Origin: an uncultured Candidatus Saccharibacteria bacterium | GTDB lineage: Bacteria; Patescibacteriota; Minisyncoccia; Phycocordibacterales; UBA9973 | Assembly (NCBI GenBank): GCA_964496425.1 | Contig: CAZBZO010000002.1 | Span: 2,450 to 66,449 of the forward strand | Direction: 5' to 3' | DNA: 64,000 nucleotides | Part shown: one piece after another, positions 8,968 to 19,001 of the stretch | Numbering within the stretch: the first letter of the stretch is position 1 | Layout: each line of letters begins with the position of its first letter | Position numbers and translations under genes: made by a program | Notes under the pieces: generated by a model | Databases searched by the model: none | Told to the model about the DNA's origin: nothing | The model's input: the letters and a program-made list of their open reading frames with translations, nothing else

Positions 8968-11010
8968 ATGTATAAAAAATCTCTTTTCTCAAGCGGGTGG
9001 CTCAAAAAATTTCTTGGAGTCTTAGCGATAGCCGCTCTCATGACGCCCTATTCAGTACTCAATTGGCCACAATTGGTGATAGCAATGGATGCAGCACCGA
9101 TTACAGATAGTAGCGAAGCGCTTTTTGAAGAACAATCTCTTCGAAGCTATGAGCTTTCTGATGCAGTTGTGCTTGGAGAGGAGATACAAGATACTATTAT
9201 ATCTACCCAGGAAGAAGTAGATACAGATGACGAGCACAGTACGAGCAGCAATACTCCGTCTCCAAAAAACCATCTTGAAAAAGATGAAGATCTTGATTTA
9301 CAAAGTGCAAACCGCAGCATAAGTTCCATGGTACTTGTTGATTCTTTTGGATCATATTGTGGCGACCAGATTGTCAATCAAGACTGGGAAATGTGTGACG
9401 GCGGCGCAAGCTGCACAGCGCAATGCCAAGGCGTAGATGTTTGTACCGATAAAGCTTTTGCTCGCGTGGTAGTAGATAGCATACAGACCCGACCAGAAGG
9501 CGACCTTTCAAGCGATGTGTATGTTGGTGGGAACAGCGGTGCAGATATTGTGCCAGCTGGTACTTGGTTTCTTATTCATGAGAATGGTGCACCTATCGTC
9601 GACGACAATATGTATACATCTGATACCACTGGATACGCATTTTCTGCTGGTATTGTTGTTGAACGCGGCACCAATCAGATTCGACTTGAAGTCTCTGGTA
9701 CCAATGATGAATCAGTAGCTGGCGAACACGTAGAAGGTGCACTCGAATTTTTTAATACAAGCGCGACTTCCCAAAGCAACGACTCTACTGGTTTTATAGG
9801 TAATGCCGTAGAAAATCCAACCGACGGCAACATGGCCATAAATGCAGATAGTGATGAGTATTGGCTCTCGGGCGGCGCATCTCACTTCTGGCTTACTGTC
9901 ACGACTGCAAACGATGGATTTTTTACTTCTTATGATGCACCAGCAACCTGTCCAACTGAAGACCCAACTCGTTATCGCGAGTATTGCGGAGATGGAGTAG
10001 TAAATCAAGACTGGGAAATGTGTGACGGCGGCGCAAGCTGCACAGCGCAATGTCAAACTGCAGATCAGTGTACCGACAAAGCATTTGCACAGGTTGTATT
10101 CGATACAGTCGAAAATACAGGCACTGGCGATATGACCAATGACGTCTATCTTGGAAGTACCGACAATGTTATTCCAAACGGTACATGGTTTTTGATCGGA
10201 GATTCAGATGCTTCTATTGTAGATCCTGATATTGCCCTTTATCGAGATGTGAAAGGTTTGGCTGTTGAACGTACAGATGGGTCAGTGCGCGTCAATCAAT
10301 ATGCGTTTCATCCAAGCGATGGTCATGAGCATACGATAGGGCACATCAATTTCTTCGGGGGTGCGCTTTCAAGCATTGTCTCCGATATTTCAGATGACAA
10401 AATGGAACTTACTGACGCTGATCCGCATCCAGAAAAAGATAGCATGGCGGTGAATGGGACAGCGGTAGACTTTGAAATGCACACTACGCCAAAAGCCGAT
10501 GGATTTTACGCATACTATAATGCTCCACAAATGTGTGATGGTGGTCAAGGTGGTGGTGGCGACACAGACACTGATGGCGATGGTGTAAACGATGATACTG
10601 ACAACTGTGTCAATGATGCCAACGAAGACCAAGCCGATGAAGATGGAAATGGCGTAGGAGATGCGTGTCAACTTCCTGGTGGCGGAGGAGGCGATACTGC
10701 AGGAGATAACACTTCTGGCACAGGCGGACATTCTCATAATAACGGAGACGACGATGATGATAACGGAAGCAGTGGAAGTAATGGTGGCAATAATAATTCT
10801 AACGACGATGATACAACCGACTCGAGTACTCCTGGCACCGTGCTTGCGGCCCTGACTGGTCCCAATGCAGGCGGGGAAGTGTTGGGGACGTCATCTAGCA
10901 CAGGCGAAGTACTCGCCGAGACCGGAGTGGATTTCTCACCATTTACTTTCTTTGCACTTGGAATGCTCGCCGTGCTCTATATTGTACGACCACGAAAAAT
11001 AATTTCTTAA
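8968..11010 (+). CDS. secreted cell-wall-anchored adhesin-like protein with duplicated Cys-rich module, thrombospondin-type-3-like Ca-binding repeats and LAETG sorting signal
   Basis: 680 aa; signal peptide; two copies of YCGD..VNQDWEMCDGGASCTAQCQ..CTDKAFA; DTDTDGDGVNDDTDNCVNDANEDQADEDGNGVGDAC (TSP3-like); C-terminus LAETG + hydrophobic stretch + RPRK. Confidence 0.75.
   Translation: MYKKSLFSSGWLKKFLGVLAIAALMTPYSVLNWPQLVIAMDAAPITDSSEALFEEQSLRSYELSDAVVLGEEIQDTIISTQEEVDTDDEHSTSSNTPSPKNHLEKDEDLDLQSANRSISSMVLVDSFGSYCGDQIVNQDWEMCDGGASCTAQCQGVDVCTDKAFARVVVDSIQTRPEGDLSSDVYVGGNSGADIVPAGTWFLIHENGAPIVDDNMYTSDTTGYAFSAGIVVERGTNQIRLEVSGTNDESVAGEHVEGALEFFNTSATSQSNDSTGFIGNAVENPTDGNMAINADSDEYWLSGGASHFWLTVTTANDGFFTSYDAPATCPTEDPTRYREYCGDGVVNQDWEMCDGGASCTAQCQTADQCTDKAFAQVVFDTVENTGTGDMTNDVYLGSTDNVIPNGTWFLIGDSDASIVDPDIALYRDVKGLAVERTDGSVRVNQYAFHPSDGHEHTIGHINFFGGALSSIVSDISDDKMELTDADPHPEKDSMAVNGTAVDFEMHTTPKADGFYAYYNAPQMCDGGQGGGGDTDTDGDGVNDDTDNCVNDANEDQADEDGNGVGDACQLPGGGGGDTAGDNTSGTGGHSHNNGDDDDDNGSSGSNGGNNNSNDDDTTDSSTPGTVLAALTGPNAGGEVLGTSSSTGEVLAETGVDFSPFTFFALGMLAVLYIVRPRKIIS
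9376..9425. repeat. 50-bp exact direct repeat, copy 1 (within adhesin gene)
   Basis: aatcaagactgggaaatgtgtgacggcggcgcaagctgcacagcgcaatg identical at 10003-10052. Confidence 0.9.
10003..10052. repeat. 50-bp exact direct repeat, copy 2 (within adhesin gene)
   Basis: identical to 9376-9425; reflects internal domain duplication. Confidence 0.9.
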
Positions 11011-11021
11011 TATAATCAAAA

Positions 11022-11050
11022 ATAGCCCCGCTGTGGCGGGGCTATTTTTG
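11022..11050 (+). terminator. Rho-independent terminator (atagccccgc-tgtg-gcggggctat + T-run)
   Basis: 10-bp perfect stem, 4-nt loop, TTTTT after; directly after adhesin stop. Confidence 0.75.
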
Positions 11051-11068
11051 TACTATACTATATATCGT

Positions 11069-11695
11069 ATGACAGATCAGGATAAGAAAAAATATATTCG
11101 ACTTCGCAAAATTAATGTCTATCTTGCACGAGTGGTTTTGGTCATCTGCATCTATTTTATAAGTTTTCCATACTTACCTGAGCTTTCATATGCGGCAACA
11201 CATGTGTTTGCAAGCGTCGAGCGCTATAGTGTCAGTATTGATTCGGGTATCCCGTCTCGTCTCACTGACGCCATTGCTACAAAAAGTCGAGTACTCTATA
11301 TTCCTGCGATTGATGTACGGGAGGACATTATTGAAGCGAATGATATTGGCGAAGTCCATGAAAAAATATGGCGCCGGCCGAAAAGCGCCACGCCTGCTAC
11401 GGGCAGCAATACAGTTTTGGCTGCTCATCGGTATGCAACAATTGGAGGAATACATGGGAGCACATTTTATAATTTGCCAAAACTTGGCGAGGGTGACGTA
11501 GTATACGTGGCATGGGACGGAGATCTCTATATATACATCGTTGAAAAAACGAAAGTGGTGACACCGGATCATATAGAAATCGAAGGTCCGTCTGAAACGC
11601 CAATGATTACACTCTATACCTGTACACCACTGTGGAGCGCTAAGGAGCGTTTTGTAGTAGAGGCACATCTCATAAATACAATTGTATGGCAGTAA
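11069..11695 (+). CDS. sortase (class E/A-like transpeptidase)
   Basis: N-terminal TM, conserved His in LAAHR, TLYTCTP catalytic Cys motif, downstream Arg; start moved to 11069 because 11033 lies inside terminator. Confidence 0.85.
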   Translation: MTDQDKKKYIRLRKINVYLARVVLVICIYFISFPYLPELSYAATHVFASVERYSVSIDSGIPSRLTDAIATKSRVLYIPAIDVREDIIEANDIGEVHEKIWRRPKSATPATGSNTVLAAHRYATIGGIHGSTFYNLPKLGEGDVVYVAWDGDLYIYIVEKTKVVTPDHIEIEGPSETPMITLYTCTPLWSAKERFVVEAHLINTIVWQ

Positions 11696-12105
11696 AAAAA
11701 AACGTAGATACAATTTCAGCTCCTAAAAAACGCGCGCCAGCAAAGCGTAAAGCTGTTGCCGACACCGCACTAGCAAAGACCAAAAAGAAAGCTCCTTTGC
11801 AGAAGCGGACACCGAGAAAAAAAATTATTTCTGTACCGGAAATTATTCCTGAGGCTATTGCCGCCCCGGTTCCAGTATGTATCCCTCCACCTGCATTAGA
11901 TTTCTCTCAAGTCACTACAACTCCTCCTGTGGCAGCTTCGGTGCCTAAAAGTGAGACGAATTTTAGTATTCTTATTAAGCAAGAATATGTCCGTATGGGT
12001 GTTTTGGCAGTAATTCTTCTTTGTTCGGTTGCCTTTTATCTTCATATGAATCATAATTATAAGGTAAATTTTGTTGATACTGCAGAAGATGCATCGAGTC
12101 TCTAG
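11686..12105 (+). CDS. hypothetical Lys/Ala/Pro-rich protein with C-terminal TM
   Basis: 139 aa ORF, basic low-complexity N-terminus, single C-terminal hydrophobic helix. Confidence 0.4.
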   Translation: MAVKKNVDTISAPKKRAPAKRKAVADTALAKTKKKAPLQKRTPRKKIISVPEIIPEAIAAPVPVCIPPPALDFSQVTTTPPVAASVPKSETNFSILIKQEYVRMGVLAVILLCSVAFYLHMNHNYKVNFVDTAEDASSL

Positions 12106-12111
12106 ACTTTT

Positions 12112-13137
12112 TTGAAAATTTGTGATATAATGCGAGTAATGAATTTTATGCGAATCGTAAAAGACTATTTTATACCGCACGAAAATAATAATTTTAAGCC
12201 GCATTTTTTCCGCGAAGAAGCGATCATTTTTGTCATGCTTGTTCTTGTTGTGCTCTTTGCATCATCCGTCGGAAGTACTACTATTTTGCGGACCAATACA
12301 CTCTTGGGCGACGTCTATGCATCGGTGCTTGTCGATCTCACGAATGAAGATCGCGTAGCAAACCAAGAAGCGCCCCTTATTTTAAATTCCATCCTTGCCT
12401 CTGCTGCAGAGCTTAAGGCAACCGACATGGTCTCGAAAGGATATTTTGCTCATACCAGTCCGGAAGGTATTACACCCTGGCATTGGTTTGCGCAGGCTGG
12501 ATATTCATTTATATACGCCGGAGAAAATCTGGCGGTTGGATTTGATGAATCAGACGCTGTGAATCAAGGATGGCTCGATTCGCCAGGACATAAAGCGAAT
12601 ATCCTCAGTGAAAAATTTACTGAAATCGGCATTGCAGCTGTGCCTGGAATATATAAAGGAAAACCAACGACTTATGTCGTACAACTTTTTGGCAAACCAA
12701 AAGTCGCTCCCGCCACTGTTGTGGCGCCTCCTGTTGTAGCGCCGATCATACCTACTGCGCTTGTCGTACCTACAGAAACAAAAGTTTTGGGTGCAGAAGT
12801 TGAGAATGTCCCTGCGGTGGTGATTGTTGCTGAAGAGGAAAATATGATCGTAGCGCAAAGTTTTGAAACTCCAGATCCTGTGCCAGCGCCCGAGCGAGTC
12901 GTGCCACACTATAGCACCTGGTATGAACGCCTATTAGTCAGCCAGCCCTACCGAGTACAAACGACGTTTACACTTGTCTCTATAGTCGTCATAGTGGCGC
13001 TGATCCTTTATATTTTTATTGAAATTAGAATTCAGCATAAGAAAAACCTGATCTATGGCTTCGGCTTACTCGCGTTTGTCGTACTTCTCATGATAGTGAA
13101 TCATTCACTGATCGTGATTCCAACTATTGTCAGCTAA
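12112..13137 (+). CDS. CAP/SCP (PR-1/YkwD-like) domain membrane protein
   Basis: GYFAHTSPEG...AGENLAVG...GWLDSPGHKANIL signature of CAP superfamily; N- and C-terminal TM segments. Confidence 0.7.
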   Translation: MKICDIMRVMNFMRIVKDYFIPHENNNFKPHFFREEAIIFVMLVLVVLFASSVGSTTILRTNTLLGDVYASVLVDLTNEDRVANQEAPLILNSILASAAELKATDMVSKGYFAHTSPEGITPWHWFAQAGYSFIYAGENLAVGFDESDAVNQGWLDSPGHKANILSEKFTEIGIAAVPGIYKGKPTTYVVQLFGKPKVAPATVVAPPVVAPIIPTALVVPTETKVLGAEVENVPAVVIVAEEENMIVAQSFETPDPVPAPERVVPHYSTWYERLLVSQPYRVQTTFTLVSIVVIVALILYIFIEIRIQHKKNLIYGFGLLAFVVLLMIVNHSLIVIPTIVS

Positions 13138-13206
13138 AATAATTGCTGATTATAAAGAGCAGCGCTTTCCAAACAGCGTGTATTTCTGTATACTCTCCAT
13201 ATATTT

Positions 13207-14247
13207 ATGAGCGAATCCACTGCCCTCTATCGAAAATACCGATCAAAAAACTTTGACGAAGTGATCGGGCAATCGCATGTCATAGACGTCCTTCGTGCAG
13301 CTTTCCAAAAAGGAAAAGTATTTCATGCCTACCTACTCTCAGGTGGCCGCGGCATCGGTAAAACATCGGTCGCGCGCATTATCGCAAGCGAGCTTGGCAC
13401 GCAGCCGTCTGACATCTACGAGATTGATGCAGCATCAAATCGCGGCATAGATGATATTCGCGAACTTCGTGAAGGAGTGCGCACGCTGCCATTTGATTCA
13501 AAGTACAAAGTCTACATCATCGATGAAGTCCACATGCTTACCAAAGAAGCCTTCAATGCGCTTTTAAAAACTCTGGAAGAGCCTCCTGCGCATGTCGTGT
13601 TCATCTTAGCGACGACCGAGCTTGATCGAGTCCCTGACACTATCATTTCACGCTGTCAGACATTTGTCTTCAAAAAGCCAACTGAAACTATTTTGCGCGA
13701 CTTCATCATGGAGACTGCCAAGAAAGAAGGAGTGATTCTTGATGCGGGCGGAGCGGCACTGATCGCTCTTTTGGCTGATGGATCATTTCGCGATGCGCTC
13801 GGCACGCTTGAAAAAGTGGCAAGTTTTGCTGGCACAAAAAAAATCAGTCAAAGCGAAATCGAACGCATCACCGGCGCACCGGAGAGCGCTCATGTCGACG
13901 AATTTATTTTGGCAATTGCTGAAAAAGATATCGAACGAGGATTTGCTGCGGTGAGAGCTGCGAGTAGCGCCAACATCGACATGGAAATCTACGCCAAGCT
14001 TATTCTCATGAAGTTTCGCCTACTTTTGGTTTTCCGCTATGCTCCGGGGACTGCCAAGGAGGTCAAAGCCGAGCTTTCCGAAGGCGATCGTGCATTCTTT
14101 GAACATATACTGAAAGAAAAAACCAATACTATCACTTCAGCTACCCTTGTCGTACTCCTTGAGGCCTACCAGGGCATTCGCCGAGCATTTATCAAGGAAT
14201 TGCCGCTTGAGCTTGCGCTTATTGAAATATTAGGGCAAGATAAATAG
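13207..14247 (+). CDS. dnaX: DNA polymerase III subunit gamma/tau (short form, AAA+ clamp-loader core)
   Basis: YRKYRSKNFDEVIGQ, Walker A GGRGIGKTS, DEVHML Walker B, SRC motif (SRCQTF); only 346 aa. Confidence 0.85.
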   Translation: MSESTALYRKYRSKNFDEVIGQSHVIDVLRAAFQKGKVFHAYLLSGGRGIGKTSVARIIASELGTQPSDIYEIDAASNRGIDDIRELREGVRTLPFDSKYKVYIIDEVHMLTKEAFNALLKTLEEPPAHVVFILATTELDRVPDTIISRCQTFVFKKPTETILRDFIMETAKKEGVILDAGGAALIALLADGSFRDALGTLEKVASFAGTKKISQSEIERITGAPESAHVDEFILAIAEKDIERGFAAVRAASSANIDMEIYAKLILMKFRLLLVFRYAPGTAKEVKAELSEGDRAFFEHILKEKTNTITSATLVVLLEAYQGIRRAFIKELPLELALIEILGQDK

Positions 14248-14285
14248 GTTTTTGAGGTATCGCGTCTGCTTTGTAGGTAAATAAT

Positions 14286-14356
14286 TGGGGTATCGTCTAA
14301 TGGTAGGACAGAGGCCTTTGAAGCCTTTAATCGAGGTTCGAATCCTTGTACCCCAG
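14286..14356 (+). tRNA. tRNA-Gln (anticodon TTG)
   Basis: Cloverleaf: acceptor tggggta/tacccca, anticodon loop ctTTGaa, T-loop ggttcgaatcc; close to E. coli tRNA-Gln. Confidence 0.85.
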
Positions 14357-14379
14357 CACTTCTATCAAAGTTTAATATA

Positions 14380-14916
14380 ATGCAAAATATTGTTAAGGGA
14401 GAAAATACATCCAAGATCGGAATGACATCAAGAGATGTTGTTGATCTTTATAATAAACTAGAAAATTTGGGGATTAAAATCTGGGTAGATGGTGGTTGGG
14501 GTGTGGATGCCTTACTGGGCAAACAAACTCGTGAGCATAAAGATCTTGATATCGCTATTCAATATAAAGATCTCCAAAAATTCCGAGAATATTTAGAATC
14601 CCAAGGATACAGTGAAGTGGAACGACAAGAAGATAAGAAGTGGAACTTTGTTTTAGGAGATAAGGATGGACACGAAGTAGATGTACACGCTTTTACTTTT
14701 GATGAAAATGGACTAGTGATTGAAGGTATTGAATACCCCGAAGGTTCTCTTTCTGGTATCGGTAGTATAAATGAGTGTAAGGTGAGATGTATTGATCCAA
14801 AACATTTAGTCATGTTCCATACTACATATGAACCAAGAGAATATGATTACCAAGATGTGCATGCTCTGTGCGAGAAATTTAATATAGAATTGCCAGAGGT
14901 ATTTCGCACTAAATAA
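14380..14916 (+). CDS. nucleotidyltransferase of the ANT(2'')-Ia / LinB-like family
   Basis: IWVDGGWGVDALLGKQTREHKDLDIAI matches WxxGGWxxDAxLGxxTRxHxDxD core of aminoglycoside 2''-nucleotidyltransferase family. Confidence 0.6.
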   Translation: MQNIVKGENTSKIGMTSRDVVDLYNKLENLGIKIWVDGGWGVDALLGKQTREHKDLDIAIQYKDLQKFREYLESQGYSEVERQEDKKWNFVLGDKDGHEVDVHAFTFDENGLVIEGIEYPEGSLSGIGSINECKVRCIDPKHLVMFHTTYEPREYDYQDVHALCEKFNIELPEVFRTK

Positions 14917-14932
14917 TAGGTCAAACTTTAAT

Positions 14933-15613
14933 ATGAATCAAGCACCTAAAATTACCGATCTTACCCATACGATTTCCTCCGATATTCCTACCTTCGACGG
15001 AAGCTGTGGTTTTACGATGTCGCTCGCTGTTGATTACAAAGATTGCAAGGAACCCAATTTGTTTCGTCTGCAAAAAATAGAAACCAAGACTGGCATTGGT
15101 ACGCATATGGATGCGCCGGTGCATTGTTTTCCTGGTGCAAAAACTATTGATATGATCGATCTCAATGATCTGGTGACTGATTGCGTCATGATAGATGTAA
15201 GTGAGGTGGCAGATGAAAACTACGTCATTATGCCATCTGTTGTAGAAGAATTTGAAAATAAACACGGAAAGATCGCACCAAATACGTTTGTTATTTTCTA
15301 TACAGGCTGGGATCAGTTTTGGACTACTCCAGAAAAATATAGGAATGGGAATATATCGCCGAGCGTCGATGCGAGCACTGCCGAAATGCTCACATCGCGA
15401 GATATTGCCGGTCTTGGTATTGATACGCTTTCTGCCGACAAAGGGAAAGATGATTTTCCTGTGCATCGAATCGTTCTTGGAGCAGGGAAGTATCTCGTAG
15501 AAAATATCGCCAACGCCAAAGCTTTACCACCAACTGGTGCCAAAATCTTTGTGTTGCCGATGAAAATAAAAGATGGCACAGAAGCACCGATTCGGTTGGT
15601 TGCACAAATCTAA
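14933..15613 (+). CDS. cyclase-family protein (kynurenine formamidase-like)
   Basis: GTHMDAPVHCF motif (HxDxPxH) characteristic of putative cyclase/KynB family. Confidence 0.7.
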   Translation: MNQAPKITDLTHTISSDIPTFDGSCGFTMSLAVDYKDCKEPNLFRLQKIETKTGIGTHMDAPVHCFPGAKTIDMIDLNDLVTDCVMIDVSEVADENYVIMPSVVEEFENKHGKIAPNTFVIFYTGWDQFWTTPEKYRNGNISPSVDASTAEMLTSRDIAGLGIDTLSADKGKDDFPVHRIVLGAGKYLVENIANAKALPPTGAKIFVLPMKIKDGTEAPIRLVAQI

Positions 15614-15626
15614 GTATTTAAGAACT

Positions 15627-16115
15627 ATGAAAATCACATTTATACAAACTGGCGGGACAATTGATAAGGATTATCCAAAAACGAAACTTGGGTATGCGTT
15701 TGAGATTACCGCTCCGGCCGCTCATCGTATTTTGGAAAATGCTAATCCTTCATTTAAGCCGGAAGTTATTACAGCCTTCCGCAAAGACAGCACTGAAATC
15801 ACTCTCGTCGACCGCCGCAAACTTTTAAAAATCTGCAAAGATACTAAGAATAATAAAATTATTATCACTCACGGCACCGATACCATGCTTCTGTCTGCCA
15901 AAGTACTCTCTGTAATAAAAGATAAAACGATCATTCTTACAGGAGCTATGCGGCCGGAAAAGTTTTCCAATTCCGATGCACCGTTTAATCTTGGCATGGC
16001 AGTAGGAGGAGTGAAAGTCCTTCCGTATGGAGTTTATATCGCTATGCATGGACAAATCATTCCCTGGGACCTTTGTTGGCGCAATGCTAGTGGGCAGTTT
16101 GTATCAAAAGTTTAA
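15627..16115 (+). CDS. L-asparaginase N-terminal-domain-only protein
   Basis: ITFIQTGGTIDK (TGGTI threonine motif) and ITHGTDTM (hGTDT) signatures; only ~160 aa so lacks C-terminal domain. Confidence 0.6.
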   Translation: MKITFIQTGGTIDKDYPKTKLGYAFEITAPAAHRILENANPSFKPEVITAFRKDSTEITLVDRRKLLKICKDTKNNKIIITHGTDTMLLSAKVLSVIKDKTIILTGAMRPEKFSNSDAPFNLGMAVGGVKVLPYGVYIAMHGQIIPWDLCWRNASGQFVSKV

Positions 16116-16149
16116 ATATAAACAGCTCTGCGTTGCGTTGGTGCCATAA

Positions 16150-17685
16150 ATGTACTACCATTTTGGCATGATTACACAACAACTAATCGACTCTATTAAA
16201 AATGAGCAGGTCAAAGGCAATTCTGCTGAATTCATTCGTGCCACGCTTGCCAAGCAAGGTTACAGCGATGAGGATATCACTCTCGCCTTTGCGAGTCTGT
16301 CTGATGTCCAAACTGGTACAAACCACGCATCGTATACAGTAAGTCCAGCACGGAGCGTAAAATTTTTAATTATTGCTATCATTATTTTAGGAGTTGCTGG
16401 AGCAGCAAGCGCATACGCATACTACAGCGGGTACTTTGTCTCGCCCGACGTAGTCACAACTGAGGCATTTCAAGCTGCTCGGGAAGCGACCAGTGGCGCG
16501 TTTGACACGACTATCACTATCGATACTTCGGGCCTCAAAAATAGTAAGCCTTCAACCATGCAATTTTTACCGATCGGGGCTTCGAAAAAATTTAGTATCA
16601 CTACTAAAGGGACGTACGATATGAGTGATTCTTTAAATAGTAAATTTGATGTGGCACTTTCGTTTGATCTTGGCACGCTTTCTGCCGCTGCCAATGTTCG
16701 TAGTGTCGACGGAATGTTCTATGCAACTTTAACGAAAGTGCCCACGGTGTCTTTGGTCCCGATGCCAATATTTTCAAATTATCAAAATAAATGGATTTCT
16801 TTTGTAAGCAAAGGCGAGAATAGTATCCTCGAGCGCTTGCCCCTCATGACGACAACAGGCATCAACCCAAACACTTTTTCTCGTCTTACGGAAGAGCAGA
16901 AAGATCACATATATGATTTGACGACTGATGCACACTTTGTCACGGTTACTCAAAAACTGCCAAGCGAGACTGTTGGTGGTGCATCATCCTATCATTATAT
17001 GTTTGATCTTGATCGTGCTGGCGTGGCTGCTTACTTTGAGAAACTAAAAGAATATGTGCAAACCATAGGCAAGGATGACTCGGTGCTGTCTTCTTTTGAC
17101 CCGACTCTCTATAACCAAAGTCTCGAATCAATACAAAATTTCATCGGCGAAGCCTGGATCGGCAAAAGCGATAAGTTGCCGCATAAGGTCGTGCTTAGTT
17201 TTGATATTTTGCGTAAGGGGCATGAAGATGAGGGCGCTGTAAAAATAGGTATGGTCAGTATTTTTAGTGACTGGAATACTCCACAGAGTGTTCCAGTGCC
17301 TGCAGGAAGTATGACACTTGAAAATTTTATGGCTGAAATGACTGGCGCATCGCTTGACCAGGCTCGACAAAAAGCTGCCGATGCGGAAATAAAATCAGTT
17401 CTTGCAAGTATGCGTGCCGAAGCAGAATTATTTAACATGAGCAACGGCGATTCATATGTAAATTTCTGCTTAGCTCCTAAGACTGGAAGTATGAAAGTGC
17501 AGATAGAGGAAAAAAATCCTGATGCAACTTTCTTCTGTAAAGATGCAGTTAGTTCGTTTGCCGTATCTGCAAAACTTATTGGAGAAGGGTACCACTGTGT
17601 TGATTCAACAGGTTTTTCTGGTAGTTCCACCGTGCCTGCCACTTCGACTGCGTGCCCGATTGATCATGCTAATTTGCCGGATTAA
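16150..17685 (+). CDS. hypothetical secreted/membrane-anchored protein
   Basis: 511 aa ORF, N-terminal TM (FLIIAIIILGVAGAASAYAYY), Cys pairs near C-terminus; no recognisable domain. Confidence 0.4.
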   Translation: MYYHFGMITQQLIDSIKNEQVKGNSAEFIRATLAKQGYSDEDITLAFASLSDVQTGTNHASYTVSPARSVKFLIIAIIILGVAGAASAYAYYSGYFVSPDVVTTEAFQAAREATSGAFDTTITIDTSGLKNSKPSTMQFLPIGASKKFSITTKGTYDMSDSLNSKFDVALSFDLGTLSAAANVRSVDGMFYATLTKVPTVSLVPMPIFSNYQNKWISFVSKGENSILERLPLMTTTGINPNTFSRLTEEQKDHIYDLTTDAHFVTVTQKLPSETVGGASSYHYMFDLDRAGVAAYFEKLKEYVQTIGKDDSVLSSFDPTLYNQSLESIQNFIGEAWIGKSDKLPHKVVLSFDILRKGHEDEGAVKIGMVSIFSDWNTPQSVPVPAGSMTLENFMAEMTGASLDQARQKAADAEIKSVLASMRAEAELFNMSNGDSYVNFCLAPKTGSMKVQIEEKNPDATFFCKDAVSSFAVSAKLIGEGYHCVDSTGFSGSSTVPATSTACPIDHANLPD

Positions 17686-17760
17686 TTTTTAGTGTATTAA
17701 TTGCATGAAATGTACCTGGGATAATGTTCTATAAAAATAATAATTTATTTAAAAAAGTAT

Positions 17761-18984
17761 ATGGGTAGAAGTCTCGTGGGCGGCGATCCATTTTGGCTCG
17801 CTAAAAATGGCATCCCAGTTTCTTTTCCTCTACTTGAAACTTCGCTCGAAGTCGATGTACTCATTTTAGGCGGAGGTATCTCTGGTGCCCTTATTGCCCA
17901 CGCGTTTGCTAAAGCTGGTGTAAAAGTCGCGGTGGTAGACAAACGTGCTATTGCACATGGAAGTACGGTAGCTTCGACAGCACTACTTCAGTACGAAATA
18001 GACGTACCACTTTCAAAATTAAAAAAACAAATTGGTAAAGAAAAAGCCGTACGAGCGTACATGCTGTGCAAAGACGCGATTTCTAAAGTTGAAACAGTGA
18101 CCAAGGCATATGGTGAACGCTGTCTGTTTTCGTACCGACCAAGTGTGTATTTTGCTGGTTCGGAAAAAGATATTCCGTATCTAGAAGAAGAGTACCGGGC
18201 TCGCGCAGAAGCAGGTTTCGTCGTATCTTTTCTCAATGCCGCTACACTTTATGATGAGTATGGTATCAAAGCAGAGGGCGCGATTCGATCGGAAGAGGGA
18301 GGAGAAGTCGATCCTTATATGCTTACCTATACCATACTCGGCGAGCTACAGGAGCAGGGGCATTTTATATTTGAAAATACTAAAATTGATGTTGATACCA
18401 TTGAAACAAAAAATGGAATTGTCGCCAAAAGTACTACGGGACACACAATCAAAGCAAGGAAACTTATTTTTGCGACTGGTTATGAATCGCAAGGATATTT
18501 GAAAGAAAAAATCGTTGATCTTCAAAGTTCATTTGCTCTAGTCACTGATGTTGTTCCTCATACAGATGGTCATATTTGGAAAGATAATGCTTTGTTGTGG
18601 AATACAAATGACCCCTATCTCTATGCTCGAACCACCAAAGATAATCGTATCTTGGTTGGCGGCAGGGATATACGCACCAAGCATATGATTATCCGTGATT
18701 TGCAGATCAGGCATAAAGCCAAAAAGATTTTAAAAGATTTTCAAATGTATATGCCTCACACTGACCTTCATATTGCCCATGCCTGGAGCGGTACCTTTGG
18801 GGAAACCAAAGACGGCTTGGCATATATTGGAGAGTCGCCAGAGTGGCCGGAATGTTATTTTGCGCTTGGATTTGGAGGAAATGGGATTACGTACAGCGCA
18901 CTTGCAGGTGATTTACTCGTGCGACTCTGGCAGGGTGAAACACCCGACGACCTTTCACTCTTTCGCTTCGGAAGGAATATATAA
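17761..18984 (+). CDS. FAD-dependent oxidoreductase (DAO family)
   Basis: Rossmann dinucleotide fold VLILGGGISGALIAHAFAKAGVKVAVVDK near N-terminus; 407 aa. Confidence 0.7.
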   Translation: MGRSLVGGDPFWLAKNGIPVSFPLLETSLEVDVLILGGGISGALIAHAFAKAGVKVAVVDKRAIAHGSTVASTALLQYEIDVPLSKLKKQIGKEKAVRAYMLCKDAISKVETVTKAYGERCLFSYRPSVYFAGSEKDIPYLEEEYRARAEAGFVVSFLNAATLYDEYGIKAEGAIRSEEGGEVDPYMLTYTILGELQEQGHFIFENTKIDVDTIETKNGIVAKSTTGHTIKARKLIFATGYESQGYLKEKIVDLQSSFALVTDVVPHTDGHIWKDNALLWNTNDPYLYARTTKDNRILVGGRDIRTKHMIIRDLQIRHKAKKILKDFQMYMPHTDLHIAHAWSGTFGETKDGLAYIGESPEWPECYFALGFGGNGITYSALAGDLLVRLWQGETPDDLSLFRFGRNI

Positions 18985-19001
18985 ACGTAACATACTTTTT
19001 C

